DNA of 64,000 bases. It comes from an uncultured Candidatus Rokubacteria bacterium (lineage in GTDB: Bacteria; Methylomirabilota; Methylomirabilia; Rokubacteriales; CSP1-6). Shown piece after piece: positions 21,381 through 32,627 of this stretch (its first letter is position 1; each line of letters starts with the position of its first letter). Position numbers and translations under genes: made by a program. Below the pieces are notes generated by a model. That model did not search any database and was not told the DNA's origin. It was given only the letters and a program-made list of their open reading frames with translations. The stretch spans positions 73,808-137,807 of the forward strand of contig CAWJDX010000010.1 in NCBI GenBank assembly GCA_963841755.1, in the 5' to 3' direction.

Positions 21381-22523
21381 TTACTTGATCAGGCCGTAGA
21401 AGCGGCCCGCGTTCTCGCAGGTCATCTTGTGCATGACCTCGGCGGGCAGGTGGCCGAACTGCTCGGCGATGTACTTGGAGGAATCGGGCCAGACGCCGTC
21501 GCCGTGCGGGTAGTCGGAGCCCCACATCAGTGTCTCGACACCCATGTCGTCGATCAGCTTGGTGCCGATGCGGTCGAACTGGAAGGTCGCCTTGCACTGC
21601 CGCCGCCAGTAGTCGCTCGGCTTCATCTTGAGCCCGAGGTCGGTGAAGCGGTCCTCCCACTCGAAGTCCATGCGGTCGAGCGCGTAGGGCACCCAGCCGA
21701 TGCCGGATTCGCCGAAGGCGATGCGCACGTTCGGATAGCGCTCGAGCACCGCGGCCCCGATGATCGCGGCCAGGATGTTGACCAGGTTCATCTGAAACGC
21801 GGAGACCACCGTGAAGAACGCGGCGCGCCGGGTGAGCCCCTTCTGCTTCTCCAGCACGTTGGGCGGCAGGGCCGGGAAGGTGTGGAAGTGGAGCGGCAGG
21901 TTGACGTCGTTGACCGCCTTCCACAGCGGCTCCCACGTCGGATGCCACATCGGCTCCATGTCCCACGAGCAGGAGAGCTCCATGCCACGCAGGCCGAGCT
22001 TGGCCACCCGGTAGACCTCCTGCACCGCGGCGTCGATGTCGCCGTAGGGCAAGCACGCGAGGCCGATGAAGCGGTCCGGGTCGTGGCGGCAGAAGTCCAC
22101 CAGCCAGTCGTTATAGATGTGGAACATCTCGGTGGCCGCCTCGTGGTCGTTCAGCCGGGTGGCCGCGCCGAGGATGCCGTAGATGACCTCGGCCTGCACG
22201 CCGTCGCGGTCCATGTCCTTGGCCCGCAGCGCCGGAGTGGTCGGCCGGGCGACCCCCTTCTTGCCATCGTCGTAGAGACCGGTCGCCGCCATCACGTCCA
22301 CGCGGTGGTGCTTGCCGGCCTCGTACTTGGAGCCGGCCGGCCCCACGCCGCCCCACAGGCCGAAGCTGGTCCCGTTCTTCGCTGTCCAGTAGGGCCCGTC
22401 GGGCCCATCCTTGACGTAGGGCATGCGGTCCTTCAGTGGTGCCGACGCGTTGGCGGTGAACAGATCGGGCGGGATCCAGGGCAGGTCGATGTGGCAGTCG
22501 GCGGAGATCCGTTGGTAGCGCAT
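21381..22523 (-). CDS. Amidohydrolase-2 family protein (PF04909/ACMSD-like metal-dependent hydrolase/decarboxylase)
   Basis: Start chosen at MRYQRISADCHIDL (aa 19 of ORF 21381..22577). Motifs: …SADCHID…, …LHFHTF…, …MWGSDYPHGDG…. Confidence 0.85.
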   Translation of the reverse strand: MRYQRISADCHIDLPWIPPDLFTANASAPLKDRMPYVKDGPDGPYWTAKNGTSFGLWGGVGPAGSKYEAGKHHRVDVMAATGLYDDGKKGVARPTTPALRAKDMDRDGVQAEVIYGILGAATRLNDHEAATEMFHIYNDWLVDFCRHDPDRFIGLACLPYGDIDAAVQEVYRVAKLGLRGMELSCSWDMEPMWHPTWEPLWKAVNDVNLPLHFHTFPALPPNVLEKQKGLTRRAAFFTVVSAFQMNLVNILAAIIGAAVLERYPNVRIAFGESGIGWVPYALDRMDFEWEDRFTDLGLKMKPSDYWRRQCKATFQFDRIGTKLIDDMGVETLMWGSDYPHGDGVWPDSSKYIAEQFGHLPAEVMHKMTCENAGRFYGLIK

Positions 22524-22624
22524 GGGGCCCCCTTTCGCGTGTGGAGAGAGCCTAGCCACCGGCGGGGGCGTCGTCAAGTTGCCTTGACTCGGGCTCCCGC
22601 CCGCGGCACCATGCCCGGGCCGCC

Positions 22625-23820
22625 ATGCTCCAGGGCATCCGCGTCCTCGATCTCTCCCGCGTCATCGCGGGGCCCTACTGCGCGGCCCTCCTGGGCGACC
22701 TGGGCGCCGACGTGATCAAGCTGGAGCGGCCCGGGCGCGGCGACGACCTGCGCTCCTTCCGGGGCGACGGCCAGATGAGCGCCTCCTTCGCGGCGGTGAA
22801 CCGCAACAAGCGCGGCATCGCGGTGGATCTGCAGAAGCCGGAGGGCGTGCGCCTGGTCTTCGAGCTGGCGCGGCGCGCCGACGTGGTCGTCGAGAACTTC
22901 CTGCCCGGCGTGGCCGAGCGGCTCGGGCTCGGCTACGCCGGCGGTCCGCGCGGTCAATCCCGCGGTGGTCTACGCGTCGGTCACCGGCTTCGGCCAGACC
23001 GGCCCGCTCGCGCGCAAGCCCGGCTACAACACGATCGCCCAGGGCATGAGCGGGCTCATGGCGCTCACCGGCATGCCCGGCGCATCCGCCGACGCGCGTG
23101 GGCGGCTCGGTCTCCGACGTGGCGGCGTCCTACATGGCGTTCGGCATGGTCAACGCGGCGCTCGTGCACCGCTTCCGCACCGGCGAGGGCCAGCACGTGG
23201 ACGTGAGCCTGGTCTCGGCGAGCCTCGGGCTCCTGCCCGATCCGGTCGCGATCTACTTCGATACCGGCGAGCGGCCGATGCGCGCGGGCAACCGCAACCT
23301 GAACCTCTCGCCCGCGGAGGCCTTCCAGGCCGGCGACGGCTTCGTCAACGTGGTGCTGCTGAACCCGGATCAGTGGGGCCGCTTCTGCGCCGCGCTCGGC
23401 GATGCGGCGATGGAGACGGACCCGCGCTTCGCCACCAATCCCGCGCGGCTCGCGAATCATGCCGCGTTCAAGGCGCGGGTGGAGGCCATCCTCGGCACCG
23501 GCTCCGCCAAGGAGTGGGTCGCGCGTCTCGAGGCGGCCGGCATCGCGGCGGGGCCGATCTACGAGTTCGACGAGGTGTTCGAGGATCCGCAGGTGCGCTA
23601 CCTCGGGCTCGTGGCCGAGGTGGAGCAGCCCGGCGCGGGCAAGGTGAAGATGCTGACGTTTCCCGGCCGCGCCTCCGCGACGCCGCCGCGCATCGACCGC
23701 CCGGCGCCGCTGCTCGGCCAGCACACCGCCGAGGTGCTCGGCGAGCTCGGGCTCTCGCGCGAGGAGATCGACCGCCTCGCCGCGGCCGGCGTGATCGTGC
23801 TGGGAGAGCAGCCCGCCTAG
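22625..23820 (+). CDS. Family III CoA-transferase (CaiB/BaiF-like), two apparent frameshifts (about 22945 and 23090)
   Basis: Spread over three frames: MLQGIRVLDLSRVIAGPYCAALLGDLGADVIKLERP…; …VVYASVTGFGQTGPLARKPGYNTIAQGMSGLMALTG…; …VSDVAASYMAFG…GPIYEFDEVFEDPQV…. Confidence 0.85.
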
Positions 23821-23917
23821 CCAGCTCCGTTAGACGCAGTCGCCCCGCCTGCTGTTTACACGTATTCCCGGGAATATGCGCCGCGGTCTCGCTCGTCTGA
23901 CCATGCATGAGGAGGAC

Positions 23918-24086
23918 ATGGTCATGCGACTGCTCTGGCTGATCGTGCCGGCCGCGCTGCTGCTGGCCGGCTGCGTCATCGTCCCGGTGGAGCCGTACGG
24001 CTACGCGCGCGCCCCGACCGAGCGTCACCTCCGTCTATCCCGTGTACCCCTACTGGTACGCGCCTCGCTACTACCGGCACTGGTAG
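23918..24086 (+). CDS. Small Tyr/Pro/Trp-rich lipoprotein, one apparent frameshift
   Basis: MVMRLLWLIVPAALLLAGC lipobox with GAGGAGGA upstream. After a shift near 24030 it ends …VTSVYPVYPYWYAPRYYRHW*. Confidence 0.45.
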
Positions 24087-24098
24087 TATCCTCGGCGG

Positions 24099-25486
24099 GT
24101 GCGCCGCCCGCCGCCCGGCTTCCGCTGGCTGCATCCCGCTGATCGGAGGCCTGGCGGTGCTGGCGGCGCCCCCGCCCGCCGGCCTCGCTCCCGAGGGCCA
24201 GCGTGTGCTCGCGGTGCTCGTGCTGGTCATCGGGCTCTGGGGGCTCGAGGCGCTGCCGCCCGGGGTCACCGCGATGGTCGCGATCGTGACCCTCGTCGGC
24301 ACGCGCGCGGTCGCGGGCATCCGCGAGGGCCTCGCCGGCTTCGCCGATCCCATCGCGTTCTTCCTGGTCGGCGTGCTCACCATGGGGGCGGCGGTGGCGC
24401 GGAGCGGCCTCGCGGAGCGCATCGCGCACCAGCTGCTCGCGCACGGGCGTGGGCGCGCCGGCGCGTTCTACCTGCACCTGCTGCTCGCGATGCCGGTGCT
24501 CACGCTGCTGCTGCCGTCGGCGAGCGCGCGCACCGGCATCCTCGTCCACGTGTACGACCAGGCCCTCGAGCTGGGCCGCGTGCCGCGCGGCGCCCCGCTC
24601 GCGCGCGCGGTCATGATGCTGCTGAACTCGGTGAACCGGCTCTCCTCCACCATCTTGCTGACCGGCGGCATCACGCCCATCGTGGCCGCCGGGCTCATCG
24701 GCACGATCTCGTGGACGCGCTGGTTCGTCCTCATGAGCGTGCCCTACGCGGCGCTGCTCGCGCTCGCCGCCGCCGCGATCTACCTGCGCTACCGCCGCGG
24801 CTTCCGCGCGCGCATCACGGTGCCCGCCGCGCCCGCGCGTCGCCCGTTCTCGGGCGTGGAGTGGCGCACGCTGCTCATCACCGGGGGCGCGGGACTGCTC
24901 TGGCTCACCGACGCCTTCCACCACCTGCATCCCACGCTGCCCGCCCTGATCGCCTGGATCTGCTTCCTGCTGCCCGGCATCGGCGTGCTCACCTGGCGGC
25001 AGTTCGAGCAGGAGGTGGGCTGGACGAACTTCTTCGTCATCGCCGCGTCGCTCTCGCTGGCCCAGGGCCTCGCGCGCTCGGGAGCGAGCGACTGGCTGGC
25101 CGGCGGTGGTGGTGGGGACCGCGCACGGAGTGGCCGAGTCGCCGTGGCTGGTGGTGGCGGTGCTGTTGGTGGCCTCGTCGGTGGTGCGGCTCCTGATCCC
25201 GAACATCACCGGCTTCCTGGCCACCACGATCCCGGTGGCGATGTCGGTGGGCACCGCGGCGGGGCTCAACCCGGTGCTCTGCGGGCTCATCGTCACGATC
25301 GCGGGCGACGCGGTCCTCTACTACCCGGCGCAGAGCGCCTCGTCGCTGGTGGTCTACGAGCGCGGGCACCTCGGGGCGGGGGAGATCTTCGGCTTCGGGC
25401 TCCTGATGACCGCGCTGGCCGCGGTGGTGGTGCTGGCGGTGGCGGTGCCCTACTGGGCGCTGATCGGCGAGCCGCTGATCCGCTAG
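24099..25486 (+). CDS. Anion permease of the ArsB/NhaD - DASS/SLC13 superfamily, frame-disrupted (N-terminus and near 25100)
   Basis: Multi-TM: …[27 protein letters not shown]…[13 protein letters not shown]…; C-terminal part in ORF 25106..25486 (…[20 protein letters not shown]…). The true start is uncertain. Confidence 0.65.
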
Positions 25487-25495
25487 CGGCCGGGG

Positions 25496-28237
25496 CTACG
25501 CGGTCGAGGACTTCGCGGACCTTGGCGAGCAGATCGGCGGGCGCGAACGGCTTGCCGAGCAGCACCGTGCTCGCGTCGCGCACCCCGTGGCGGACGATGG
25601 CGTCCTCGGTGTAGCCGGACATGTACAGCACGCGCATGTCGGGCCGGATGGCTCGCACGCGGTCCACCAGCTCGCGCCCGCTCATGCGCGGCATCACCAC
25701 GTCGGTGAGGACGAGGTCGATGTGGTCGCCCTCGGTCTCGTAGCGACGGAGGGCCTGCAGCCCGTCGCTCGCCTCCAGCACGCGGTAGCCCTGCCGCTCC
25801 AGCACCTCGCGGGCCAGCGCGCGCACGTCGTCCTCGTCCTCCACCAGGAGGATCGTCTCGCGCCCGCGCGTCTCGCGACCCGACGGTCTCGTCGACCCGG
25901 GCCGGCGCGACGGGGGCCGCGACCTGGGGCAGGTAGATCTCGAAGGTGGTGCCGCCGCCCACCACGCTGCGCACCTGGATCGCGCCGCCGTGCTGGCGCA
26001 CGACGCCGTGCACCATCGAGAGCCCGAGGCCGGTGCCCTTGCCGGGCTCCTTGGTGGTGAAGAACGGCTCGAAGATGCGCGCCTGGGTCGCCGCGTCCAT
26101 GCCGATGCCGGTGTCCATGACCGCGCAGGACCACGTACGGACCGGGCGGCAGGGCCTCCGGCCGGTCGGGCGGGGCCGCCTCGACCTGGACGCAGTCGGT
26201 CTCGACGCCCAGGGTGCCGCCGCGCGGCATCGCGTCGCGCGCGTTCACCGCCAGGTTCATGAGCACCTGCTCGAGCTGGCCCGGGTCGGCGTTGACGTGT
26301 CCGGCTCGCGGCCCGAGGGTCGAGGAGCAGCTCGACGTCCTCGCCGATGAGCCGCCGCAGCATCCCGCTGACGTCCGTCGACCATGGCGTTGAGGTCGAG
26401 GACCTTGCGCTGCAGCACCTGCTTGCGGCTGAAGGCCAGGAGCTGGCGGGTGAGGCCGGCGGCGCGCTCGGCGGTCTTCTGGATCTGCTCGACGCTGCGG
26501 CGGAGCGGGTCGTCGGCCTTGAGCCGGCCGAGCAGGATCGCGCTGCGCCCGGTGATGACGGTGAGGAGGTTGTTGAAGTCGTGGGCGACCCCGCCCGCGA
26601 GGCGCCCCACCGCCTCCATCTTCTGGGCCTGCCGCAGCTCGTCCTCGAGCTGCTTGCGCTGGGTGACGTCCATCATGGCGCCGATCATGCGGAGGCCCCG
26701 GCCGTCGGCGTCGCGGAGCACGTAGCCGCGGTCGTAGACCTGCGCGTACGAGCCGTCGGCGCGCCGGCAGCGGTACTCCGCGCTCCAGCTCGCGTCGCCG
26801 CGCTCGATCGCGGCGTGGATGTCGGTCACCACCCGCTCGCGATCCTCCGGGTGAATCAGCTCGTACCACCACGTGATGTCGGGGCCGATCTGCTCCTCGC
26901 GGTAGCCGAAGAGGGTCTGGATGCCCTCGTTCCACCAGAGCCCGTCGCTGACCAGGTCCCAGTCCCACACCGCGTCGTTGGTGGCGCGCGAGACGAACTG
27001 GAAGCGCTCCTGGCTCTCGCGCAGCGCGCGCACCAGCCGCTCGGCGGTGCCGCGCGCGAGCTGCTCGTCGGCGAAGAGCTGGGCGTTGCGGATGGCGAGC
27101 GCGGCCTGCGCGGCCAGGCGGACCAGGATGGCCTCGTCCTGGTCGGTGAAGGCGCGGGCCGCGCGGTTGTCGACGTAGAGCAGGCCCTCGACGCGGTCCT
27201 CGATGAGCACCGGGACCGCCATCTGGGCGTGGATGCCGAGGCGCTGGATGCGCTGCCGGTAGCGGTCGCCGATCCGCGCGATCGCGGAGGTAGTCGCTCG
27301 TGCGCATCGGGCGGCGCTCCGCGAGGACGTGGCCGCCGAGGCCCCGGCCGGGCTCGATGCAGGTGTCGGCCAGCTCGTCGTACCACGGGGCCGTCCAGTA
27401 GCGGAGGCGCACCGTGTCCGCGCCGGGCACGCGCAGGCCGATCACCGCCCCGTCGCTGCGGCAGAGCTCCTGGGCGGCCTCGGTCACGCGCCGGAGCACG
27501 GTCTCGAGGTCGAGCGTGCCCCCGATGGTGCGGGCCAGCTCGGCGAGGACCTCCGCCTCCCGCCGCCGGTGCTCCTCGTCGGCGAAGAGGCGCGCGTGCT
27601 CCAGGGTGAGCGCGGCCTGGTCGGCGAGCGCCTCCGCCATCTGCACCGCGCGCGCGTCGAAGACGCGTGCCGGTGGCGTTGCGCACCGCGAGCACGCCGA
27701 TGAGGCGATCCTGGGTCAGCAGGGGGACCGCGAGGATCGCGCGATCGGGGGCCTGCTCCAGGTGCGCGGCGGAGATCCGCGCTGGTCTCGATGCGCGGGT
27801 CCGCGAGCACGTCCGGCGTGGTGATGGTCCGCCGCTCGCGGATCGCGAGCCCGACCGCGCCCGAGCCGGGCTCGCGCACCGCCCGCCAGCCGCCCGACGG
27901 ATCGGTCGGGCGCGACACCGCCAGCGCGTGGAGGCTCTGCGAGTCCGCGTCGAGCCGATAGACCACCGCGGAGCCGCCCGCGAGGAGCGAGCGCAGGCTC
28001 TCCGCGATGCGCAGGCCCACCACGTCGGGCTCGAGGCGCTCGGAGAGCAGCCGGCCGATGCCGGCGAGCGCCCGGGTCTCCTCGAGGCGCGTGCGCTCCC
28101 GATCCAGGAGGCGCGCGTTGTCCTGCTCGAGGCGCGCGCAGCCTCGCGTGTAGCGTGTCGCCCTCGTGGGTGTCCGGGGTGCCGAGGGGCTGCAGCGGTC
28201 CCATCGCGTGTCGGTGGTGGAGCAAGGACCACGCCAT
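25496..28237 (-). CDS. Hybrid sensor histidine kinase (GAF-GAF-PAS-HisKA-HATPase_c-REC), at least 8 apparent frameshifts
   Basis: Segments in three frames: MAWSLLHH…; GAF1 …[22 protein letters not shown]…; GAF2 …[20 protein letters not shown]…[17 protein letters not shown]…; PAS …[18 protein letters not shown]…; HisKA …[19 protein letters not shown]…; HATPase …MDTGIGMD…[16 protein letters not shown]…; REC …[11 protein letters not shown]…[11 protein letters not shown]…. The 3' end is uncertain (25483-25498). Confidence 0.75.
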
Positions 28238-28410
28238 GGGTAAATAGCTGATTGGGTTGATGTTCCTGGGCGTGATGGCACGCGCAAAGTGTCAGCCCGC
28301 GTCGCAAAATGAGCACCCGGCCGGACCCGGAGAGCACAGGTGGCCGCCGCGGTGCTACCATGACGCGCTCACCGTCGCGAGCCGCTCAACCTTTCCCGGG
28401 AGATCCGCCC

Positions 28411-29771
28411 ATGACCACCGACGCGCAGGCCATCCGCCACCTCTGGACCCACAAGACGCAGGACCACCCGTTCCTGTCCGACCAGGAGCTGGTCATCGAC
28501 CGGGGCGAGGGCGTGTGGATCTGGACCGAGCAGGGCAAGAAGCTGCTCGACGGCTTCGCGGGCCTCGCGGTGGTCAACGTGGGCCACGGCCGCCGCGAGA
28601 TCGCGGAGGCGATCGCGGAGCAGACGGTGCGGCTCGCCTACTACCCGACCACGCGGCAGTTCTCCAACCGGCCGGCCGCCGACCTGGCCGCGAAGCTCGC
28701 GACGCTCGACGCCGGGCGACCTGCGCTACACGATGTTCGCGGTGAGCGGGTCGGAGGCCAACGAGCGCTCGATGCAGATCGCGCGGCAGTACTGGCTGGC
28801 CGCCGGGCAAGCCGGGCAAGCACAAGGTCATCTCGCTCCAGGGCGGCTACCACGGCGCCACGATGGGCACGTTCGCGGTGTGCGGGCTGCCCGCACCTGG
28901 CCCAGGCCTACCAGCCGCTCGAGGTGCCGGGCTTCGCCAAGGTGGCGCCGCCGCATCCGTTCCGCGACCTGGGCGACCGGCACCGAGGCCGAGCTGATCG
29001 CGCGCCGCATCGCGCGAGCTGCGCGAGGCCATCGTGCGCGAGGGGCCGGACACGGTCTCCGCGGTGATCCTGGAGCCGGTCCTCTCGTCGGGCGGCTTCA
29101 TCATGCCGCCCATCGGCTGGCTCCGCGCGGTGCGCGCGCTCTGCGACGAGCTGGACGTGCTGATGATCGCCGACGAGGTCATCACCGGCTTCGGGCGCAC
29201 CGGGCGGTGGTTCGCGGTCGAGCACGACCAGGTGGTGCCCGATCTCATGTCGGTGGCCAAGGGCATCACGTCGGGCTACATCCCGCTCTCGGCCAGCATC
29301 GCGCGCGGGCGGCTCGCCGACGCGTTCTCCGACACCACCACCCAGGAGAACGTGCACCCCAACACCTACGCCGCGCACCCGGTGGCGTGCGCGGCCGCGC
29401 TCGCGAATCTGAAGATCATGGAGCAGGACCGGCTGGTCGAGAACGCGGAGAAGATGGGCGACGCGGCTGCTCGACGGGCTGCGCGGCGCGGTGGGCAAGC
29501 ACCCGATCGTGGGCGAGGTGCGCGGGCGCGGCCTGATGGTCTGCGTGGACTTCGTGCAGCCCGACGGCTCCGGCAAGCCGCTCGACGCGCAAGCTGGTGG
29601 CCGAGCTCGACCGCAAGGCGTGGGACCGCGGCGCCATCATCTACGCGCGCGGCACCGTGCTCCGCCTCGCCCCGCCGCTCTGCATCACCCCCGCGGAGGT
29701 CGACGAGCTGGTGGCCGTGGTGGCCGACTGCGTCGACTCGCTCCAGCGCGACGTCGCGAAGTCGCGGCTAG
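28411..29771 (+). CDS. Class III (omega-type) pyridoxal-phosphate aminotransferase, at least 7 apparent frameshifts
   Basis: Spread over three frames: MTTDAQAIRHLWTHKTQDHPFL…DGFAGLAVVNVGHGRREI…; …FAVSGSEANE…; …ISLQGGYHGATMG…; …LMIADEVITGFGRTGRWFA…MSVAKGITSGYIPL…; …GEVRGRGLM…LRLAPPLCIT…. The TAG at 29769-29771 is reached only after a last shift. Confidence 0.8.
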
Positions 29772-31113
29772 CCGAGGAACTCGCGGGCGAGGGACTCCCA
29801 CATCATGGTGGAGAGCTTGAGGCTCTCGGTGTCCACGCGCTCGTTGTGGCCGTGGAACATGAGCGGGTACTCGGTGTAGGGGATGCGGAGCGACAGCAGC
29901 CCGAAGCCGTAGGCGGGGACGCCCTGCCAGCGCCAGAACTTGGCGTCGGTGCCGCCGGTGGTCATCTTGGGCACCACGCGGCTGCCCGGCATCAGCCGCG
30001 AGGTCACCCGCTCCATCGCGGCCACCAGCGGGGTGTCGTGGCTGCTCAGCGAGCCCTGCTGGCCGCGGCCCTGCTTGATCGGTCACCCGCGGGGCCAGGT
30101 CGCCGAGCGCCTCCCGCAGCATCGCGTCCACGTCCTCGGTGGTCACCCCCGGCAGCGCGCGGATGTCCACGTCGATCTCGACGCGGTCCGGGATCACGTT
30201 GGTCTTCACGCCGCCGTGGATGATGTTGGGCGAGAAGGTGGTGTGGGTGCAGGCGTGCGCCTCGCGGGCGAGGGCCAGGTTCTCCATGCCCGACGACCGT
30301 CTCCAGCACCCGCGCGGGATCGGTGAGGCCCTTCGTCAGCTCGGGGCCGAGGTCCATCGCCTTCACGTACTCGCGCCACACGTCGAGGATGCGCGCCTTC
30401 GGCTGGTAGGCCGCGATGCGCCGCACGACCTCGGCCGCGGTCACCAGCGCGTTGTCGGTGCGGAAGGGGCGCGAGCCGTGGCCCGGCGTGCCCGCCACCG
30501 TCAGGTGCCGCCAGTTGGCGCCCTTCTCGCCGACGGTGACGCCCAGCACGTGACCGTCGCGGGTGGGGATGGGCACGCCGCCGCTCTCGGTGATGACGTA
30601 GTCCGCCTTCACCATCTCGGGCCGCCGATCGACGAGATAGCCCGCGCCCAGGTTGCCCCCCGCCTCCTCGTCCGCCACCGCCAGATAGATGAGGGTGCCG
30701 CGCGGGCGGAAGCCGTCCTTGGCGAGGCGCCGGGTGGCCACCGCCATCGTGGAGGTGAGGTTCAGCATGTCGATGGCGCCGCGGCCCCAGACCACCCCGT
30801 CCACCAGCTCGCCGCCGAAGGGATCGCGCTTCCAGCCGTCCGGGCTCACCGGCACCACGTCGGTGTGACCCATCAGGAGCAGCCGCGGGGCCTTGGGGTC
30901 CGACCCCTCGATGCGCGCGATGAGGCTCTCGCGCCCGGGCTCCGAGGTGTAGCGCTCGCAGGCCACGCCCGCGCCGTTGAAGTACGCCTCGAGCGCGGCC
31001 ACGCTGCGCGTCTCCTGGCCGGAGGCCACCGTGCCGTCGTTGACGCAGCGGTTGCGGATCAGGGTGCGCAGCAGGTCGGTGGCTTCGGTCTCGATGGTCT
31101 GCTCGTCTCGCAT
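29768..31113 (-). CDS. M20-family metallopeptidase (ArgE/DapE/CPG2-like), 2-3 apparent frameshifts
   Basis: …LLLMGHTDVVPV…WGRGAIDMLN…LAVADEEAGG… (ORF 30046..31113), then …HTTFSPNIIHGGVKTNVIPD… (29685..30287), then …GGTDAKFW…MFHGHNERV… (29768..30025). Confidence 0.8.
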
Positions 31114-31123
31114 GATCTCCCTC

Positions 31124-32002
31124 TTACATGCCGCCGTTGGCGGCGAAGTTGCGGATGATCCAGCCCGCGATGGAGTGCCGCGCGGGGCCGACCGGCATCG
31201 CGTCGCTCGGGAACCAGCGCGCGTCCTCCAGCTCCTCGCGGTCGATGGTGATCTCGCCGCCCGCGTAGCTCGCCACGAAGCCGATCATGATCTGGCTCGG
31301 GAACGGCCAGTTCTGGCTCCCCACGTACTGGATGTCCTTGACGTCGACGCCGACTTCCTCCTTCACCTCGCGCGCCACGCAGCCCTCGAGCGACTCGCCG
31401 TTGTCGACGAAGCCGGCCACCAGCGCGTAGCGGCCCGGGGCCCAGATCGCCTTGCGCGCGAGCAGCACCCGGTTGCCGTCGCGCACCAGCACGATGACCG
31501 CGGGGTGCAGGTGCGGGTAGTGCTCGTAGCGGCAGCCGCCGCAGCGCTTGCCCCACTCGCCCTCGAGCCGGCCGGTGGGCGCGCCGCAGCGCGGGCAGTG
31601 CCCGCTGGTCGATTCCCAGTACAGGAGCTGCATGGCCATGCCGCCCACCGTGAGCAGATCGTCGGGCAGCCGCGTGCCCTGCATCGGCACGAGCGTCTCC
31701 GCCGCGAGCCCCTCGGGCACCGGCGCGTCCTTCGGGCGCGCGGCCACCCAGCACGGCGCGCCGCCCCACGTGCCGAGCCAGTGCCGCGGGCCCAGCCCGT
31801 CGAGCCCGCGCGGCGGGGCCTCCGGGCTCTCGCCCGCGGGCAGGCGGAAGCCGTCGCCCTCCGGCACCACGAGGAGCTTCTGATCCTGGACCACGAGCCA
31901 CCGTCCGACTCCGGCGGGCGGCCCGCCGCCCCGCTTGGCGGGCTCGAACTCGCCACGCAGGCAGTCCATGTTGAAGGGCAGGTAGACGGACAGCGGCGTC
32001 AT
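31124..32002 (-). CDS. nudC: NADH pyrophosphatase (NUDIX hydrolase with Zn ribbon)
   Basis: Start at MTPLSVYLPF (aa 96 of ORF 31124..32287). Contains CPRCGAPT…CGGC zinc ribbon, NUDIX box GFVDNGESLEGCVAREVKEEVGV, and SQNWPFPSQ (the NudC-type SQPWPFP-like motif). Confidence 0.8.
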   Translation of the reverse strand: MTPLSVYLPFNMDCLRGEFEPAKRGGGPPAGVGRWLVVQDQKLLVVPEGDGFRLPAGESPEAPPRGLDGLGPRHWLGTWGGAPCWVAARPKDAPVPEGLAAETLVPMQGTRLPDDLLTVGGMAMQLLYWESTSGHCPRCGAPTGRLEGEWGKRCGGCRYEHYPHLHPAVIVLVRDGNRVLLARKAIWAPGRYALVAGFVDNGESLEGCVAREVKEEVGVDVKDIQYVGSQNWPFPSQIMIGFVASYAGGEITIDREELEDARWFPSDAMPVGPARHSIAGWIIRNFAANGGM

Positions 32003-32126
32003 CAGCGGTGCCGAGTCTACCACGGGGAAAACGCGGTTGCGCTCCCGCGCCGGCTGGGCTACGACTAGCTCCTCATGAGCGACCTCCGCATGAGCGACCT
32101 CCGGCCCCCGTGCTATCCTCCCCGCC

Positions 32127-32627
32127 GTGCCCGACCTCCTAGCGTCCCTCGCCGCCTCGGTCGCCGCGCGCCTGGTCGCGCGCCGCGAGACGGTGGCGGT
32201 CTCCGAGTCGTCGACCGGCGGCCTGATCTCGGCCGCGCTGCTCTCGATCCCCGGCGCCTCCGCGTACTTCATGGGCGGCGGCGTCATCTACACCCAGACC
32301 GCGCGGCGCGGCCTGCTCCAGGTGCCGGACGACGCGATGCGCGGCATCCGCTCGAGCACCGAGGCGGCCGCGCGCCTGATGGCCCGCACGGTGCGCGAGC
32401 GGCTCGGCACCACGTGGGCCCTCGCCGAGACCGGGGCCGCGGGCCCGACCGGCAACCGCTACGGTGACGCGGCCGGCCACTCCTGCTTCGCGGTGGTGGG
32501 CGCGGTGGAGACCGCCCGCACGCTCGAGACCGGGCGCGGCGACCGCGAGGCCAACATGTGGGCCTTCACCCGCGCCGCCCTCGAGCTCCTCGACGCCTGC
32601 ATCCAGCAGGCCGGAGACAAATCATGA
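32127..32627 (+). CDS. CinA C-terminal-domain protein (PncC-like nicotinamide-nucleotide amidase)
   Basis: Intact 166 aa: …TVAVSESSTGGLISAALLSIPGAS…GGGVIY… is typical of the CinA/PncC domain. Confidence 0.8.
   Translation: MPDLLASLAASVAARLVARRETVAVSESSTGGLISAALLSIPGASAYFMGGGVIYTQTARRGLLQVPDDAMRGIRSSTEAAARLMARTVRERLGTTWALAETGAAGPTGNRYGDAAGHSCFAVVGAVETARTLETGRGDREANMWAFTRAALELLDACIQQAGDKS

Noticed and set aside
24025-25296. 423-aa ORF antisense to the DASS-type permease
   Set aside because: Arg/Asp/Glu/Gly-rich wrong-strand translation. The sense strand encodes clear multi-TM permease segments.
28238-28410. TGGCACGCGCAAAG in the hybrid-kinase/aminotransferase intergenic region as another sigma-54 promoter
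   Set aside because: There is a -24-like TGGCAC but no GC at the -12 position (AAGT instead of TTGC). I therefore did not count it.
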